Shown: one piece after another, positions 5,975 through 7,728 of the stretch | Position numbering within the stretch: the first letter of the stretch is position 1 | Layout of the letters: every line of letters begins with the position of its first letter | DNA from: a virus | Lineage: Duplodnaviria; Heunggongvirae; Uroviricota; Caudoviricetes | Direction: 5' to 3' (one strand) | Length of the DNA: 7,728 bases | IMG/VR virus record: IMGVR_UViG_2529293042_000032 | Span: 1-7,728 of that record | Notes under the pieces: model-generated | Database searches by the model: none | The model's input: only the letters and a program-made list of their open reading frames with translations | Told to the model about the DNA's origin: nothing | Made by a program: the position numbers and the translations under genes

Positions 5975-5999
5975 AAAAAAGGAGCCGAAGCTCCTTTGG
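5975..5999 (-). terminator. Intrinsic terminator between the AntA-like gene and the traR operon (possibly bidirectional)
   Basis: Plus AAAAAA-GGAGC-CGAA-GCTCC-TTTGGTTTT. On the minus strand the GGAGC/GCUCC stem with UUCG loop is followed by U6. Sits in the 47-nt gap between the 6002 stop and the 5954 start. Confidence 0.5.
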
Positions 6000-6001
6000 T
6001 T

Positions 6002-6631
6002 TTAGAATTCGAATTGCCTTGCCCGCAGGCTTTTCAGCATTGGTCTGGCCCGCTGAACTACGAAACTCGACTGGTCAAGCCGTGCCGCCTCTCTCAGTAG
6101 CACATCTCTGTTCTTCGTCACCATGTAGATGGTCTCAAACGCAATGTCATACAGCTTGTTCGTGTATGAGGAGTTCAGCTCTTTCATGATCGGATACAGG
6201 TGTTTGCTGAGGTCCTGGGCTTTTTCCATCCAGAGTTGCATGTAGCAGAGGAGGATGATTTCCTCGTCTGTGAATTGTTGCTGTGGTTCTGCTTGTGCCG
6301 ACTGCATGTTGCGAAGTTTCTTTTCGCACTCGATGAAGTATCTGCGTATCTGTCGGCCTTTTTCGTTACGCTCTACCATCGCCGTTTCTTTGGCTGTATC
6401 GAGGGTAAGGTGGTAGTCTTTTTTCCCTCGCCCATAACCTATTTCCCGTTTCTGGGAAATAGCTATATAGTCCTGATTTTCAACGAATCCGTACTCTTCA
6501 ATACGTTCTGTAATCCACGATGCAAAGCGTTTACCTACTCCAAGAAAAGTATGTAAATCACGGGCATTAACGAGAAGAGTGGTTTCGTTGGCGATAGTGC
6601 CGTTGAATACGGGGATGCGTTGACTGGTCAT
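6002..6631 (-). CDS. AntA/AntB-type phage antirepressor-like protein, 209 aa
   Basis: ATG 6631-6629 with AGGAGG SD 6 nt upstream. N-terminal LLVNARDLHTFLGVGKRFASWITERIEEYGFVENQDYI and HLTLDTAKETAMVERNEKGRQIRRYFIECEKKL match the AntA-type antirepressor N-domain as I recall it. Confidence 0.65.
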   Translation of the reverse strand: MTSQRIPVFNGTIANETTLLVNARDLHTFLGVGKRFASWITERIEEYGFVENQDYIAISQKREIGYGRGKKDYHLTLDTAKETAMVERNEKGRQIRRYFIECEKKLRNMQSAQAEPQQQFTDEEIILLCYMQLWMEKAQDLSKHLYPIMKELNSSYTNKLYDIAFETIYMVTKNRDVLLREAARLDQSSFVVQRARPMLKSLRARQFEF

Positions 6632-6659
6632 GATGACCTCCTTATTTGTTTAGTTTATA

Positions 6660-6682
6660 ACCGCCAGTTAGTAGCTGGCGGT
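6660..6682. repeat. Perfect 8-bp inverted repeat (ACCGCCAG-N7-CTGGCGGT) 10 nt upstream of the antA SD
   Basis: Read directly: arms 6660-6667 and 6675-6682, loop TTAGTAG. Confidence 0.6.
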
Positions 6683-6849
6683 CGGGTGTCAACTGAGCCA
6701 AATAAGAAGCTCTGGGCATATTCCCCTTGCGGGTGTTGTATTACGCCTCTCCACCCGACCTTTGTACGGATGTAACTATGCCAAATTGCAGGCATAAAAA
6801 AGCCGCAAAGCTATCGGGTGCGGAGACCGCTTATTTGTTCAGTGCGGTC

Positions 6850-6879
6850 AGTATGCGATAGCTCTGGAGGATTTGTCAA
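6850..6879 (-). promoter_or_regulatory. Candidate sigma70 promoter with consensus -35 (TTGACA-N18-CATACT) for the antA transcript
   Basis: Minus strand TTGACA at 6879-6874, CATACT at 6855-6850. Would give a leader of about 210 nt that contains the 6660-6682 palindrome. Confidence 0.3.
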
Positions 6880-6926
6880 TCAGCGGAATATTGATGAACG
6901 GGTAACGGTAAATGCCTCATCCAGAA

Positions 6927-6963
6927 AATTAACGCAAATTCGCATCGCAAACTTGCGTTAATT
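6927..6963. promoter_or_regulatory. Perfect 11-bp inverted repeat AATTAACGCAA-N15-TTGCGTTAATT, operator-like
   Basis: Read directly: arms 6927-6937 and 6953-6963. A third ACGCAA-like half-site (TCGCAAA) lies in the spacer. Confidence 0.45.
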
Positions 6964-6994
6964 ATCTGAAATATCAAGTTAAATCCCCTTAAAT

Positions 6995-7080
6995 GTTTGG
7001 GGCACTATTGGGGCAAAATGTGGTTGTTTGGGGCACTATTGGGGCAAAATGTGGTTGTTTGGGGCATATTTGGGGCAAAA
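6995..7080. repeat. Tandem direct repeat, 31-bp unit x about 2.8, giving six TTGGGGCA motifs
   Basis: Units 6995-7025 and 7026-7056 are identical (GTTTGGGGCACTATTGGGGCAAAATGTGGTT); a variant partial unit runs 7057-7080. Motif starts at 6997, 7008, 7028, 7039, 7059, 7070 (spacing alternates 11 and 20 bp). AAAGAACG x2 follows at 7080-7098. Confidence 0.75.
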
Positions 7081-7186
7081 AAGAACGTATAAAGAACGGT
7101 GTAAAATTGATTTCTTCATGGTCAAAATGAGGTGTAACAGATTGAAAAATATATGCTCTTGGACGATCTTCGGTAATTCTGTGTTT

Positions 7187-7249
7187 TTAATGCTTCATGG
7201 TTTCAATATGTCCGTACATGGAATAATAAAGCACCAGAACTTTAGCCAT
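7187..7249 (-). pseudogene. wrbA: 5' fragment of host wrbA (codons 1-18) truncated by prophage insertion
   Basis: Minus ATG 7249-7247 encodes MAKVLVLYYSMYGHIETM, matching the WrbA N-terminus from memory, then diverges into KH-stop (TAA 7189-7187). Confidence 0.7.
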
Positions 7250-7620
7250 TTCTAACCACTCCTCGTGTTATCTCTATTCCGTAGCGATTCGCTACCACTT
7301 ATTTAAAGATAAGACGTCCTTTTCAGAGTGCAAATTTCACAACCACTTATTTGATTTATAACAACTTTCACAAGCACGCAATTTTGTCGCAAAATGACAC
7401 ATTTTTATCTCATCGCGTTTTTTTAATCATAAGAGCGGCTTATGGATAATTATTGGAGATGATATCTATTCTCGCTAAGAAGCTGTTGCAGGATATTACC
7501 AAACGCGGGTAGAAACACGTCAGTTCACTAAGCTTAGTCCCACGTAGCGAAAATATGGCAGCCGCCATACGCCGCGTTAATTCTAGCAATATGATGTCTA
7601 TACCCAGACGGAGGTCAGTA

Positions 7621-7728
7621 ATGGCAAACCATCGAGGCGGTTCCGGCAATTTTGCAGAAGACCGCGAAAGAGCATCAGAAGCAGGTAAAAAAGGTGGCAA
7701 GAGCAGTCACGGCAAAAGCGACAACTAG
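7621..7728 (+). CDS. ymdF: KGG-repeat general stress protein (YmdF/YciG family), 35 aa, single-repeat form
   Basis: ATG 7621 with GGAGG SD 6 nt upstream, stop TAG 7726-7728: MANHRGGSGNFAEDRERASEAGKKGGKSSHGKSDN. Lies next to wrbA as ymdF does in E. coli K-12. Window edge coincides with its stop codon. Confidence 0.8.
   Translation: MANHRGGSGNFAEDRERASEAGKKGGKSSHGKSDN

Larger units (their letters stand above)
1..7195. mobile_element. Segment of a lambdoid prophage remnant (Qin/933W-like) ending at a junction inside wrbA
   Basis: Phage-typical gene set (antA-like, traR, ea22-like, hok, ydfU-like, rusA, Q-like, tRNA cluster), uniform minus-strand polarity, overlapping stop/start junctions, disrupted genes, and an abrupt break in wrbA at about 7195/7196. 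Left boundary lies outside the window. Confidence 0.65.

Noticed and set aside
6995-7080. Repeats as sigma54 promoters (GG-N10-GC spacing within GGGGCACTATTGGGGCA)
   Set aside because: Match to TGGCAC-N5-TTGCA is poor at the -12 element and the pattern is explained by the repeated TTGGGGCA motif itself. No enhancer-binding protein context.
6995-7080. CRISPR array
   Set aside because: Only about 2.8 tandem copies of a 31-bp unit with no unique spacers and no cas genes.
6632-7195. Integrase or excisionase remnant between antA and the junction
   Set aside because: No ORF of useful length in any frame and no recognisable recombinase motifs in the partial translations I read. Absence is reported as a finding, not a feature.
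7028-7255. 75-aa plus-strand ORF (TTG start) spanning the repeat array and junction
   Set aside because: Starts inside the tandem repeats, has no SD, gives a Trp/Gly-rich repeat-derived translation, and runs antisense across the wrbA start.
7440-7700. 86-aa minus-strand ORF
   Set aside because: Antisense to the ymdF-like gene and its promoter region; Leu/Arg/Ser-rich shadow ORF.

Overview
The window holds about 7.2 kb of a lambdoid (Qin/933W-like) prophage remnant plus about 0.5 kb of host DNA; the most notable signal is a prophage-host junction inside wrbA near 7195/7196. All prophage genes are on the minus strand. In transcription order (high to low coordinate): AntA-like antirepressor (6631-6002), terminator, TraR-type zinc finger (5954-5733), Ea22-like/DUF551 (5736-4837), Cys-rich zinc-ribbon protein (4837-4442), Hok-family toxin (4151-3996), YgiW/BOF periplasmic protein (3876-3532), terminator plus candidate promoter, small hypothetical (3410-3138), YdfU/DUF968-like gene (frameshifted), RusA-like resolvase (frameshift plus in-frame TAG), Q-like antiterminator (1718-1152), tR'-like terminator, three tRNA-shaped genes (CAU, degenerate, Arg-UCU), TerB-domain protein (596-165) and a 55-aa membrane protein (168-1). 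Only wrbA codons 1-18 remain (7249-7196). Inside the junction lie a helically phased direct-repeat array and a perfect 11-bp inverted repeat, but no integrase. A ymdF-like KGG-repeat gene sits at 7621-7728 (+). Several genes and one tRNA carry single-nucleotide indels, which may be real decay or homopolymer sequencing errors. No CRISPR array, IS element or rRNA was seen. All family assignments are from manual reading and memory of motifs, not from database searches.
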